Below, piece by piece: positions 49,044 through 62,859 of a stretch of DNA of 64,000 bases. Made by a program: the position numbers and the translations under genes. The stretch is from Octopus sinensis (lineage: Eukaryota), in NCBI RefSeq assembly GCF_006345805.1, contig NC_043004.1, positions 81,840,001 through 81,904,000 on the forward strand, read 5' to 3'. How positions within the stretch are numbered: the first letter of the stretch is position 1; every line of letters begins with the position of its first letter. The notes under the pieces were generated by a model. That model did not search any database. It was given only the letters and a program-made list of their open reading frames with translations, and was not told where the DNA came from.

Positions 49044-52000
49044 ATATACAGAAAATAGTAAAGAGTGAAAAAACGACAGAAGGCTTAAATGTTAAAAAAT
49101 ATATATATTTGCGTCAATATGTCTGAAGAATATTAGAAAAGTTTTTTTTTTTCTCTTATAATGACATAATTTAAAAGAAAGACCGGTTTCGCGTGTAGCT
49201 TTTCAAATTTCTTGTGACGTTATGTTTATGTTGAATAGAGTTATCGTTGTGTTTATGTTCCGGAGAGTTCTAAATAAGGGGAGGTAGTGGGTGATTTCTT
49301 CCGGTGTAAGGGAGATAATCGCTTAAAAAATTTTTTCCTTTCCCTTAATGTGAATTTCTCTGTATCAGTATGTTCGGATGGTTGAGTCTGGGCTTGTACT
49401 TTTCAATGAAGAATGTTTCCTTGTTTAGTCTAATTTGTGTTGATGATCCGAAAGCACATTAGTAAAATGGAAAGATTAAAAATTGTGGTAGTAGTTGCTT
49501 TGCGCATTTCTCAATGTGCTCACTAAAAACATGAACTTGTGAAAAACATGGAGTTCTTCCAAAAATATAGTGCAACTTTCAAAATTGAATTGGGTACAAA
49601 TAATCCCTTCCTTAAGAAAATTACAAAAAATAAAAAATAAAAACCAAACAACCCACGAACAACCTCCAACTATCCTCCATACACTAAAAACAGAAATCAC
49701 CCACAACCAACCTTTGCAAACCACGCAAGACCTAACAGGGAACTAGCTGACAGACGACGCGTCTATGAAATAAATTACACCAAAAACAGAACACACCAAC
49801 AACATCCTAATACCAGACCCAACCACCATACAGCACAAAACGACACTAGAATAAGAAATACACCACACACAAGTCGCTACTACCCCATGAACCAAAATTA
49901 CTGGTCCCCACTAAACACAAGACAAACGCAAAAAAAACACTATGTCAAGCAACATCCCACATACAAGCAGTTCGAAACAAAAATATTTCCCATACAGAAA
50001 TTTTACACACACCACAAACAAAAACAACCGTAGATTCCCCCACAACACACACGATCGGGGGCAACAATACCACATCCCCCGACCAAATATCACACAACCT
50101 CACAGACAACTCATACACAAACAAAATTACACCAACATTTTTTAGCCAGGGACCAGGGACACCAGGACACAGGCTGGAACCTAGTAATAAGGAAAAACCG
50201 AAGATAATCAATCTTTCAACCAAACCTCTTTCTAACATAAAAATTGACATCCTCTCAAAAGGGCTCAAATTTACACCAACTCCACGCAGAGCCAACCTAA
50301 ATGAATCAAGGATAATATAACAGAATTTTGCAGAAAATTAAGACTAGCAGAAGCATCAACCAGTTTCAATACTGAAGATGAATCACTAGTCAAGAACAAA
50401 AGTGAACACATCCCACACAGAGGAAGAAATAAAGATCTTGACGAATTCTGTAACCACATTGAGAACTTTCCCTACCATACTATACATAAACAGAAAGCTA
50501 ACTCAAATTTTAACATTACACAATAGAAAGAACTGATAGAACTTCAAAATGATGAGGATATAACCATTAAGGAAGCAGACAAGGGAAATGCAGTTGTAAT
50601 AATGGATACATCATACTACAGAAATCTTGTAATTTCCTTGCTTGATGACGACCTACATTATGAAAAAATTACACCCCACAAAAAATAATGAAAACTCTAT
50701 CTTCACTAATTAAAACCCATGAAAAGGAACTAACAACCAAAGAGATTGACTTCCTAACAAACTTTAAATGCAAACCTAGCCTTTTCTATGGTCTGCCAAA
50801 AATTCATAAAAGTCAAATTATAAATGAAACCATTAAAAAATCACCAAAGACATACATACACACACCTAACCCGGGGGACCTTAAACTACGACCCATTGTA
50901 GCTGGCCCAACCTGTGAAACACACAGACTAAGTCTACTTATGGACATCCTCCTGAAACCCTTCCTTAAACATATCGATAGCCATATCAGAGATGACTTAG
51001 ATATGTTAAACCACCTTCCAAAAAAAGCAAGGAAGAAACAATCCTGGTTTCATTTGACGTAGTCAACTGTATACCAGTATACCTCATAATTATGGACTGG
51101 AGGCAATACAGTTCTGGTTAGAAAGACCAATTTCCGGAAGAAATACCAAAAAGGATCAGTAAAGAATTCATTACTAAATCAATTGAATTCATCCTACACA
51201 ATAACCACTTAATGTTTGACAATACATTTTACCGTCAAAAATCCGGAATTGCTATGGGTACAAGGGCACAGCACCAGTCATTGCGAACTTAACAATGGAT
51301 ACATGTGGAAATAATCATTTACCAGGAATCTTTATCAATCTTTGGAAACCCCCTCTCTCATACATAAAAGAGAATTGGAAACGATTCTTAGACGATTGTT
51401 TTATTCTCTGGAATGAAAACACAGATAAACTCTTAAAATTTAAAAACCTATTGAACAGCATAAACCCAAATATACAGTTCACAATGGAATACAACCAAAA
51501 GGAGCTCCCGTTCTTGGATATACTAATTAAAAAATTAACCTTAAAATAGAAACAGACATTTTTTACAAAGCCACAGACGCCAAACAATACCTTCTTTTTA
51601 TTCATGCCACCCAAGACACACTAAAACAAACATCCCCTTCAACCTTGCAAGAGGATATGCACAATAGTGTCAGAACAAAATACCAGGAACTTTAGACTGC
51701 AAGAACTCAAAAACACCCTAATTGACAGACATTACCCAGCTCAACTCATAGAGGATGGGATCAGACCTGCAACAGAAATCAACATAGAAACTTTAAGAAA
51801 AGTTCAACACAACAACACACCTTCCCCGAAAATACTACCTTACATATCTACATACAATCCCAGAAACAAGAAGCCTTCACCATCATCACCCAGAATTTAC
51901 CAATACTTCATAAAAACCCAAATTAAAGGAAATTCCAAACATACACCAAATCATTAAAAGCTACAAACAGCCTAAATCACTTAAAAAAGATTCTCACAAA

Positions 52001-52752
52001 GCAAAATTGTCTTCTGAATTACGGATGCAAAAGTAAAAAAATGTGGTAGATCGAACTGTGCAACATGTCCTAACCTGCTAGAAGGATCAGAATTCCTCTT
52101 TAAAGAGGGACAGAAATTCAAGATCAAATCTAACTTACTTGTGCCTCTGAAAACATAATTTATGTCATAAAAATGCTCGGGCTGCCACCAAGACTACGTG
52201 GGTTCCACGGGACTATCACTCAGACGTAGATGCACACTGCATCGACAACAGATTGCATTCCCAGAATATAGAATGATACCTTTTAGTGAGCACATTGAGA
52301 AATGCGCAAAGCAACTACTACCACAATTTTAATCTTTCCATTTTACCAATGTGCTTTCGGATCATCAACACAAATTAGACTAAACAAGGAAACATTCTTC
52401 ATTGAAAGTACAAGCCCAGACTCAACCATCCGAACATACTGATACAGAGAAACATTAAGGGAAAGGAAAAAAAATTTTTAAGCGATTATCTCCCTTACAC
52501 CGGAAGAAATCACCCACTACCTCCCCTTATTTAGAACTCTCCGGAACATAAACCAACGATAACTCTATTCAACATAAACTAACGTCACAAGAAATTTGAA
52601 AGCTACACGCGAAACCGGTCTTTCTTTAAATATTCATTATAAGAAGAAAAAAAAAAACTTTTCTAATATTCTTCAGACATATTGACGCAAATATATATTT
52701 TTTAACATTAAGCCTTCTGTCGTTTTTTCACTCTTTACTATTTTCTATATAT
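49044..52752 (+). mobile_element. Near full-length Penelope-like element (RT plus GIY-YIG) with an inverted 5' pseudo-LTR
   Basis: FYGLPKIHK, LRPIVAGP, GIAMGTR, WKRFLDD (about 51376-51396), NIIYVIK-CSGCHQDYVGSTG (52152-52215); 49044-49528 is the reverse complement of 52281-52752. Confidence 0.95.
52590..52625 (+). ncRNA. Degenerate minimal hammerhead in the pLTR (mirror copy 49176-49212, minus strand)
   Basis: AGAAA u UUGAAA(A) GC-uacac-GC GAAA CCGG UC UUUCU; the 3' half is canonical, the CUGANGA core is altered in both copies. Confidence 0.45.
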
Positions 52753-53151
52753 ATATATATATATATAATAATACATTCAACTTGTCACGGTAGTTTTTAG
52801 TTCAAATTTGTGACAACACTAGCGTAAATGAAACCATTATTAACAAACTCTAAACCTAACTAACTCTATTATCGTCCTCTTTATGTCGGCTGATGTCTGC
52901 TGTACATGAATAATTTATCGACTCATCTTTTCAAGAAATATGAATTACATTTCAAAACGACAGAAATTTCTAATCATATATATTATACACACACACACGT
53001 GTGTATGTATATATATATATATATTCATGAATTGCCATGACCAAAATGATCTCCACTTCATCATCATCATCACTTCTTCTTGTTCTTGTTCTTGTTCTTC
53101 TTTTTCTTCTTTTTTCTTCTTTTTTTCTTTTTTCTTCATTTTTCATCATCG

Positions 53152-53201
<50 letters not shown>

Positions 53202-54019
53202 TTCTTCTTCTTCTTCTTCTTCTTCTTCTTCTTCTTCTCTCTTCTTCTTCTTCTCCTCCTCCTCCTCCTCCTCCTCCTCCTCCTTCCTTATTGTCATCAT
53301 CTTTGTCGTCGACGTTGCGATGATTCTAATTCCAGAATAACAATTTATTGGAAAACAAAAAACAAACGAACAAACAAACAAATAACGATTCTCGAATCAT
53401 TCCATCAATGACCATCCAATATTATTTTTGCAGACAACCCCATATCGTAGTTGCAATTTTATCCAAAGTTATGTTCTTCACCTTATTTTTTCATAACATG
53501 AAAGGAGTTTCGGCTGCTATTTCTAGTAATTTGAGCGAGCACGTTCGTCGCTCCATTGTTATTCATGACGTCATATCATTCCTTGCACTTTATTTTTGTT
53601 TGTGTTTTTTATTTGCGCTTGATTTAATTTTTATTGTTGTTGCACTTGTTTCTTTTATTGTTGTAGGTTGTTTGGTTTCTGTTTCTATTTTTTTGTTATT
53701 TGTTGTTCTTGTTTTTGTTGCTGCTGTTGATGTTTCTTCTTCTTCTTCTTCTTCTTCCAATCAGGACTCACGCCATTAGCCACAAAGAATAATCTCTAAT
53801 TTGATCCTACTCTAAGCTACTAAGAATGCGTGCGGCAACTTGAAGATCCACCCACCACACGAAAAAGACTGGCGGTTGCACGGGCGCAAAAGCTACGTTG
53901 TTATCTTCATTCTTTTAACGGGTGGAGAGCAGAACCATCCTGGGGTACAGAGGATTCGCAATCAAGACTAGGGTCTGAAAGGTTACCACACCATAGTGGA
54001 TTACACCAGGGTTCCTCTG

Positions 54020-54223
54020 CTTTGTGGAAGAAGTAGGAAGAAAGAGTGAGAGAAAGTTGTGGTTAAAGAGTACAGCGGGGTTCACCACCTCCACCCCGCC
54101 GGAGTATCGTGGAGCTTAGGTATTTTTTGCTCAATAAACACTCACAATGTCCGGTTTGGGAATCGAAACCGCGCTCTTAAGACCGCGAGTCCGCTGTCCT
54201 AACCACTGGGCCATTGCGCCTCC
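54020..54223 (-). mobile_element. SINE family C, diverged
   Basis: gggaatcgaaacc (B box, reverse complement), ctaaccactgggccattgcgcctcc head. Confidence 0.8.
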
Positions 54224-54737
54224 ACTGTTGCTGCTGTCGTTTTTGTTGTTGTTTTGCTTCTGTTTTTTGTTATTTGTTGTTCTTGTTGTTTTTGTTGCTG
54301 CTATTGGTGTTTTTGGTGTTGCTGTTTTTGTTGTTATCGCCGTGGCTGCTTTCATTGAAAATCTATTTTTTTTTCTTTTTGTCTGATCTCACTCTTTCAA
54401 AATTGTGTAGTTTTATATTTAAATTTAGACACGTCAAACACATCTTGGTTGAAATATATCTGTAAGAGGCATCCAGAGGTTGGAGTGGGTAAAAACAGAC
54501 AAGGAAATCGGAAGATAAATACAAAAGATCGAACTCTTCCTGTTTCCGAGAGCACAATGGTTCTAATAGCAAACAAAATGTTATTCTGGGGGTTTCAATA
54601 ACAATTCCTTGCTAAAGGAAGGAAGCATAAATGTGTTGAAAGGAAGACAGTCGTTTCCAGGAAATGTAGCTGAATTGTTTATTCTAAACATAGAATTTCT
54701 AAAATAGTAATTAAATGAATCTATTAGCGTTGTTTTG

Positions 54738-54935
54738 ATTGCAGAATAGTTAGCACGCCGGACAAATTGCTTAACATCGTTTCGTCCGGCTTTACGTTCA
54801 AAGTTCAAATTCTGCCGAAATCGACTTTGCCGTTCATCTTCTCGGGGTCGATAAAATAAGCACCAGTCAAGTACAGGGGTCGATGTAATCGATTTACAGC
54901 TCCCCCTAAGTTTCTGCTCTTGTACCAAATTTTGA
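54738..54935 (+). mobile_element. SINE family B2
   Basis: gttagcacgccggacaaa, ggggtcgataaaataagcaccag. Confidence 0.8.
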
Positions 54936-54997
54936 AGCCATTATAGGCGCAAGTATGTCTGTGTGGTGAGAAGTTCATATATACATACATACATACA

Positions 54998-55061
<64 letters not shown>

Positions 55062-55070
55062 ATAATATAT

Positions 55071-55476
55071 AGGAGTGGCTGTATGGTAAATAGCTTGCTT
55101 ACCAACCACATGGTTCGGGTTCAGTCCCACTGTGTGGCACCTTGGGCAAGTGTCTTTTTACTATAACCTGGGGCCGACCAAAGCCTTGTGAGGGGATTTG
55201 GTAGACGGAAACTAAAAGAAGCCCGTCCTATATATGTATATGTATATGTATGTGTGTGTGTATGTTTGTGTGTCTGTGTTTTTCCTCCCAACATCACTTG
55301 ACAACCAATGCTGGTTTGTTTACGTCCCCGTAACTTAGCGGTTCGGCAAATGAGACGATAGAATAAGTACTAAGCTTACAAAGAAAACGTCCTGGGGTCG
55401 ATTTGCTAGACTAAAGGCGGTGCTCCAGCATGGTCACAGTCAAATGACTGAAAAAAGTAAAAGAGAGTAAAGAGTA
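55071..55476 (+). mobile_element. SINE family A, full length
   Basis: Complete layout. Confidence 0.92.
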
Positions 55477-55655
55477 TATATGTGTGTGTGTGTGTGTATG
55501 TGTGCATATATCGGTGTATTGTATGTGATATATATTTATATCATATATATGTAATATATATATATGTATGTGAGTGTATATATACACATATATATATGAT
55601 ATATGTATATATATAATATATAATGTGTATGTATGTGTTATATATATTATATATA

Positions 55656-55730
<75 letters not shown>

Positions 55731-55774
55731 TACATATATTATTATATACATATATTATATATATATATTATATA

Positions 55775-55811
<37 letters not shown>

Positions 55812-55814
<3 letters not shown>

Positions 55815-56100
55815 GGCTGCGTGGTGCGTAAGTTTGTATGTTTGTTGTAACCGACCAACACTTGACAAACCGGTTTTGGCTGGTTCACGTTCCGCGTAAC
55901 ATGGCGGTTCAGCAAATGTACCCGATAAAATAAGTGCCAGACTTTTCAAAAAAAAAAAAAGGAAATATCAAAACAAATATCAACCACAAAAAACCTCCAA
56001 AATACTGTGGTTGATTTGTTCGACTAAAAAAAACCCTTGTCAAGGTGGTGCTCCTGCATGGCCGTAGCTTATTGAGCGAAAGAAGTGAAAGATAAAAGAT
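55812..56100 (+). mobile_element. SINE family A, degenerate and internally deleted
   Basis: ggctgcgtggtgcgtaag head, ggcggttcagcaaa, ggtggtgctcctgcatggcc tail. Confidence 0.7.
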
Positions 56101-56870
56101 GGAAAGATAATGAATTGTGAATTATCATTTTATATTTAGAACGCAGCGGACCGAGTTAGGACGTTGCTAAACATTAATGGAGGAACATCATGAAACATTG
56201 CAAAGTTACGCCATTATTAGGTTGCTTCCAAATAAGCATTCTGATTAACAATGGAATCAATAATGATGTTTAATGTAACAGAACCATAATTAGTAATCTA
56301 ATTTTAACAAATTATTTCTGTTGTTTAAGACCACACGTCTCACTGGTAACAACGCAAATGCAAACACATGGGCACATACAAGCATGCATGCATACACACA
56401 CATACACACATACACAAATAAACAAACATACATATTATATATATATATATGTATATATATATTTACATATATGTATATATGTTATATATATACGTATAGA
56501 TGTACATACATATATTCATCTGTATATATATATATATATATATACATATATATATGTATATATTTACATATATATATTTGTATTTGTATATATATATATA
56601 TATTCATATGTATACTTGCACACACATACACACACACATATATACACATATATACACATATATATCTGTGTATATATATGCGTATATACATATGCGTGTA
56701 CAAATATGTTGTGGTTTACGAGTACCAGCTCAAATTCCCCCCTCTCTGTGTTTCTCTCCCTCTGTGTTTCTCTCTCTCTGTACATATATATATATGTATA
56801 TATATGCATGTAAATATATATATGTATGTATAATGTATATATATGCATATATATATATTTGTATGTATAT

Positions 56871-56917
56871 ATATGTATGTGTAATGTATACATATGTATA
56901 TGTATACACACACACAT

Positions 56918-56949
<32 letters not shown>

Positions 56950-56986
56950 GTAATGTATACATATGTATATGTATACACACACACAT

Positions 56987-57018
<32 letters not shown>

Positions 57019-57075
57019 GTAATGTATACATATGTATATGTATACACACACACACATATATATATATGTATATAC
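56871..57075. repeat. Higher-order repeat: 3 x about 70 bp TA/TG/CA unit
   Basis: atgtatgtgtaatgtatacatatgtatatgtatacacacacacatatat recurs three times. Confidence 0.9.
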
Positions 57076-57654
57076 CCATAAACATACATATACATACACT
57101 AACTCACACATGAACACGCATATATGCATATGTGTGTATGTACACAGCATATACCTTGTTAAAAAAAAATTTTGTCGACCCACTAAAAATGAATAAAAAA
57201 GAAAATATAATAAAAATAACATGAAAGGAACCAAAAACATGGCGTAAAACACCAAGAATAAAACAGTGCAGACATGAGGGAAAACGTAGAGTTATCGATA
57301 TAAATATGTAAACAGTTGTAGTTGAAACATTTCTTTATAAATATAACCACGTAACACTTGACAGAGCAAGGAATTTAATGAATTCCAACATATTTTAGGA
57401 AATAAACGCCTCCAAAGACGACATATGTTTGACAATAGATCCAAAATTGTTCTATCGCAGACTTATGGTTATTCATTGAAGATTGGAAATATTAAATTAT
57501 CTTTAGAAAACCCAAGCTAAATAAAACAGGAAAAAACAATACAGGAGTATATATAATTCATATTTTATTTATTTAATTCTTGAAGCAAAGATATAAAGCT
57601 ATAAATAATAGGATGCAAATATTGGGTTGAAAACATTTTGGGATAGAGAGAGTC

Positions 57655-57735
57655 GAAGGCTGCCCGTGTGATTCGAACTCACTTTTCCTATTTGGCATGG
57701 CAGCCGTTCTACCATTGGACCAAAACAATCCTTCG
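57655..57735 (-). other. Degenerate tRNA-like or SINE-head sequence
   Basis: Minus strand tggtccaatggtagaac (A-box-like) and gagttcgaatc (B box); the cloverleaf does not close. Confidence 0.35.
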
Positions 57736-57779
57736 AAATGTTTCATCCAACTTAGAAAATTTATTCTTACCAGAGGGAA

Positions 57780-58320
57780 TTGTACATTGCTGATGTTATA
57801 AGAATTTTATAGACATTCGAAAGAATGTGGAATTCTCGAAGATTAATTTTCGATATCAGAGGAGGTGATTCATCGAGTTTTCCTGATATTATATTTAAAG
57901 TTAGGCAATTGAAATGCCCGCCTGTGACGGCATTTAGAAATGATCTCGGATTTCTTTTTGAGGATAACACGCGCCATTTCAGCACACACTATATTTCAGA
58001 CAGACGGAGATGCTTTTACATAATTCTCTACAGAACGTTGGGCATCTGTTGACAGTTCTAAGTTGTAGTAGAACAGTCATGTCCTTGGTCTCGAAGTTCC
58101 CAGGCAAAATGCATTTTGCGAGTTCATCTCTCTTTAGACCAAAAAGAAGTCAGATGTTTGTTGTACCATATCTTGAACCTATTGGCTGTAATCCCTACAT
58201 GGTTCGTTATAATTTCTATTGGGATGTGTTGTTTTACATGCCATGGCTTTGAATTGAAATGGGTTATGTCATCAGAAATCAGACCAATTCCACCGAGGAA
58301 GCTTTAAAGAGCACTAGTGG
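57780..58320 (-). mobile_element. Possible very old Penelope C-terminal remnant
   Basis: Minus strand ILKKKSEIISKCRHRR resembles the PLE C-terminal LNKRSELxSKCRH motif; the rest is unreadable. Confidence 0.35.
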
Positions 58321-58914
58321 TCGACAATCCGCCAAAAATTATTAAGCAGAAGCGCTGAATAACTTACTTCTTTAAGAACTAGACTGCCAGAAGATATGTA
58401 GAGAAATACGGATTTAAGTTACGGAAGTACTACTTCAGATGAAAGAGTTTTGAAACCGACCTCATTCATATCACCTCTTTCTAAAAGCAGTGTCATACAA
58501 ACATGATAACAAAGCAAAGAACGTGATTTCGACATCGCAAAGCAAAACAAGTTCTTAATAAACAAAATTATCAAAACTTATACGAGATCTACCCTCTCAA
58601 CATAAAACGCTATTAATAGACGTTTGATTCATCAACAGGCTGCAAAGTTTATAGTAAAACACCAGGGTCAATGGTTTCGGCTAACTCTCTTCCTTCAAAA
58701 TTCCCGACCTGGTGCCAAAATTTGAAACCATTATTACTATTATTGTTAGAACGTTGGGCAAAATGCTTAGCGACATATCGTCTGTCTTTACAAATTCCAC
58801 GTCAGTCGACTTTACCTTTCATCCTTTCGGAGCAGATGAAACAAACCAGTTTCGATGCTTCTCTTGATGTTAAACCCCACCACAAATTTTCCACATGATG
58901 TTAACTCTGTATTG

Positions 58915-59740
58915 CAGTTCTTCATTGATCTGATCAAATTTTAAAAGTTATCAGCCACCTGTACCAGCCCAAGGCTTTCTGAAATCCAGGAATGAGGGGT
59001 TATGTCATAGGCTTTCTTATAATCGATCCACGTTATACCAAGATTACTGTCTTTTCCGTCTATCAGAAGTTGATCTTTTGTCCCTTGGCCATTCCTCTTG
59101 CATCCCTTCTGTTCCACTGGCAGTTTGTCATTTATTTCTAAGAAGTCATACACACAATTAGATATTATTCCTGTCATAAACTTCCACAACAGGGAAATGC
59201 AGATGATAAACCGGTTATTATTCACTATATTACCCTTACGGGGATTCTTTTGGCAAAGAACCGTTTTAGTTGTGGTTATCCACTTTGGGATTTCCACCTT
59301 CTTGTTGATCGTTTTATCGATTTGCGCAGCTATTTTTTTTGTGTAATACTGGGAAATTTTTCAGCCAATACCCTTGTACCGCATCCGCGCCTGGGCATTT
59401 TTAGTTTAGAACCTTTTTATCTGTTCGGTCACTAATTCAGTTGTTATTCCTATATTGCTGTTTCACTTCATTTTTCTCCGATCTTAATTCCTTCAACCAT
59501 TCGGCATCTTTCTTTTGATTTCTTCTATTATCCCAGATGTTATTCCAAAACCGTTTACTTTCTTCAGTGTTAGATTTCTCACTGCCGAGAAACCCTTTTC
59601 TGATCCTGCTAGAACAGCCTGTTGATTTTATATTATTCAATTCTTTGGTCATATCTCTTGGTTTTTGTAACTTTAGCATGTAGTCTTTGTTTCAGATGCT
59701 CAAGGACTACAATTAGTGCCTTTTTCTTGATCCTATACCT
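58915..59740 (-). mobile_element. R4/Dong-type RT internal fragment
   Basis: IPKWITTTKTVLCQKNP..LLWKFMTGII..PVEQKGCKRNGQGTKDQLLID..WIDYKKAYDITPHSWI (58941-59297). Confidence 0.85.
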
Positions 59741-60689
59741 ACGTCCTAGTTCCTAATATTTCTCCTTCAATGGTGTAAATGAGGACAGATCTTCAGGTGA
59801 CTCTTGCCCCACAGGCCCGGCCATCTTCAGACGGCTGCCAGAGCAAAATGGTCTGAGGCGATAACGGTGACTGTCATGGAATGTAATTTTTTTGAGCAGA
59901 CCCGTTGATGATGGTAAGTCTATAAGAGGATAAAGAAAGAGAATGCATGACATTTGGATGGAGACGCAGGGATAAGATATTACGAACTAGAGACTCTGGG
60001 ACCAGATAAGGATAATAAAGAAGAAAAGATGGCTAATAGCATAAGAGCTTGATGAGGTTAAGAAGAAAGTGACGATCGAAAACACAGTGAGTGATGTCGA
60101 AGTGGTTACAGAGTGCGCGGGAGAATTATACTGGCTTAAATTTTGAGAATATTGAAGGACTGAACGATGAGGAATGATAGAGGAATGATTGAAGTCATCA
60201 CTGGTGTCATTGTGAAAAATCGGGACATGGAATTAAAAGGAATCAAGAAAGTGGATAGAATTTTGCTCAGAGGAAAGATGAAGTAATGGTGAATGAAGTA
60301 ATGAAAGGAACTAGGACAGGTAATGCAGTTGGAACGAACAGACTGATTTAAAAGCTTGTATCATCAACATAGGAAGGAAAGTAGGCTTTGAACCAAATTG
60401 TAAAAAGGGAAATGTAGCAAAAGAACCTTGGTTGTGGAAAAGAAGGATAAAGCAATCAATGAACAAACTCCGAATACATATCAACACTCTAGAAAGAAAG
60501 AAGTGAAATCCTCCTCCTCCCCCTCCACCACCTCCTCCTCCTCCTTCTCCTCCTCCTCATCATCATCAACATCATCATGATCATCATCATCATGATCATC
60601 ATCATTAATATTATTATTCTTTTCTACTCTAGGGCACAAGGCCCGAAATTTTTTGGGAATGGGCCAGTCGATTAATAATAATAATAATA

Positions 60690-60720
<31 letters not shown>

Positions 60721-60784
60721 CAACAACAATATAATAATAATAATTATAATTATAACAAATTACGATATTTTTTTTTAAAAGTGT

Positions 60785-60990
60785 TGACCTGGCAGAATCG
60801 TTAGCGCATCTGTCAAAATGTTCAGCGGCATTTCGTCGGTCTTTATGTTCTGAGTTCAAATTCTTCCGAGGCCGTCTTTACCTTTTCACCCTTTCGGTAG
60901 TCGATAGAATAGGTACCAGGTTATCATCTGGGTCGATACAATTGACTTACCTCCTCGCATGAATAACTGGCCTTGTTTCAAAATATAGAA
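60785..60990 (+). mobile_element. SINE family B2
   Basis: ctggcagaatcgttagc, gagttcaaattc, gtcgatagaataggtaccag. Confidence 0.8.
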
Positions 60991-61261
60991 TTTTTATTAT
61001 AAACAATTTTAAATACTTTATTTTATTAAAATTTCGATTATTTACGATGCTATTTTCTTTCTAAAGTATTTTTTCCTTTCTTTTTCCCCCGTGTCTTTCT
61101 TTTTCCTTTCTTTCTTTTATACTTTTTTGTTTATTGTTTTATATCTCCCATTTTCTTCTCTTTAATGTCTGTGGAAATTTCCCTGTGTTCTGCTTCGGCT
61201 TTTGATGTCTAATGAAAGAAAGTTCAGTCATTTTTGATGTTTCATTTTATAAGCAATATGA

Positions 61262-62805
61262 ACAGCAGCAGCAGCAGCCACCACCACCACCACCACCACC
61301 ACCACCACCACCACCACCACCACCACCACCACCACCACCACCACCACTACCACACCGCCGCCGCCGCCGCCGCCGCCACCACCACCACCACCACAACAAC
61401 AACACCAACAGCAGCGACAACAGTAGCAGCAGCAGTAGCAACCACAACCACCACCACCACCAACACCACTACCATCACAACAACATCAACAACAACAACC
61501 GCAATAACAGGAACAGCAGCAGCAGTAGCAACTACCACCACCACCACCACCACCACCACCACCACCACCACCACCACCACCACTACCACTACCACCACCA
61601 CAACAAAAACCACAGCAATAGCAGGACAGCAGTAGCAGCAGCAGTAGCAACTACCACCACCACCACCATCACAACAAAATCAACAACAACAACAACCGCA
61701 ATAACAGGAACAGCTGCATTAGCAACCACCACCACAACCACCACCACCACCACCACCATCATCACAACAACAACATCAGCAATAGCAGAAACAGCAGCAG
61801 CAGCAGGAGCACCATGAAAAGCAAGTCCAGTCATAAGCAACCAGATCAACTTAAACAATAACAGCAACAACAACTACAGCGATGACGTCGACAACAACAA
61901 CAACAACACCATCAAAGGCATATAAAAAAAACAACAAAAAACCGCCAACAACAAACACAACACAGTGTCAACATTAACGGTTCCAAGATCAACTGGAAAC
62001 AATAATGAATTCATTGTTGGTCACGTGGACGATTTGGGAAGCGAGAGGATGAAATAAAGACATCAATCGATCGCTTCGGATCATAGTCTTGTTTCGTACT
62101 TTATTGATCACAGAAATGGTGGTGGGGAGATGCTGGTGGTGGTGGTGGTGGTGGCGGCGATGGTAGTGATGGTGGTGGTGGTAGTGGTAGTGATGATGGT
62201 GGGGGTAGTGATGGTGGTAGTGGTTGTAGTGGTGGTGGTTGTAGTGGTGTTGGTAGTAGTGGGGGTGGTAGTGGTAGTGGTAGTTGTAGTGGCGGTAATG
62301 GTGGTGGTGGCGGCGGTGATAGTGGTGGTAGTGGTGGCAGTGGTAGTGGTAGTGGTGGTGATAGTGGTGGTGGTAGTGGTTGTTGCAGTGGCGGTGGTGG
62401 CGATAGTGGTGGTGGTGGCGGCGGTGGTAGTGGTGGTAGAGGTGGTGGTAGTGGTGGCGGTTGTAGTGGCAGTGGTAGTGGTGGTGGTAGTGATGGGTAG
62501 TGGTAGTGGTCATGGTGGTGGTGGTGGTGGTGGTGGTACTGATAGCACTGGTGTGGGTCGTGGTGTTGGTGTTGCTGTAGGTAGAGTACTGTTTGTGGTG
62601 GTTGTGATGTTGATGATGATGATGGCAATGACGGTGACGTCGACGACAATGCTGATGATGACGACGTCGACGACGATGATGACGAAAACGATAACGACGA
62701 TGATGATGATGTTGACGACGATGCTGTCTCTGATGAGGACGATGGAGGTATGGTGAAAGCGGTGACGCTGATGATAATGGTGATGGTGGTCGTAGATGGC
62801 AGGAG

Positions 62806-62859
<54 letters not shown>

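Noticed and set aside
49121-49142. CUGAAGA-auauua-GAAA in the PLE arm
   Set aside because: No stem II, III or I pairing; chance match.
59750-60460. Purine-rich block resembling a LINE or PLE remnant on the minus strand
   Set aside because: No readable motif; left unclassified.
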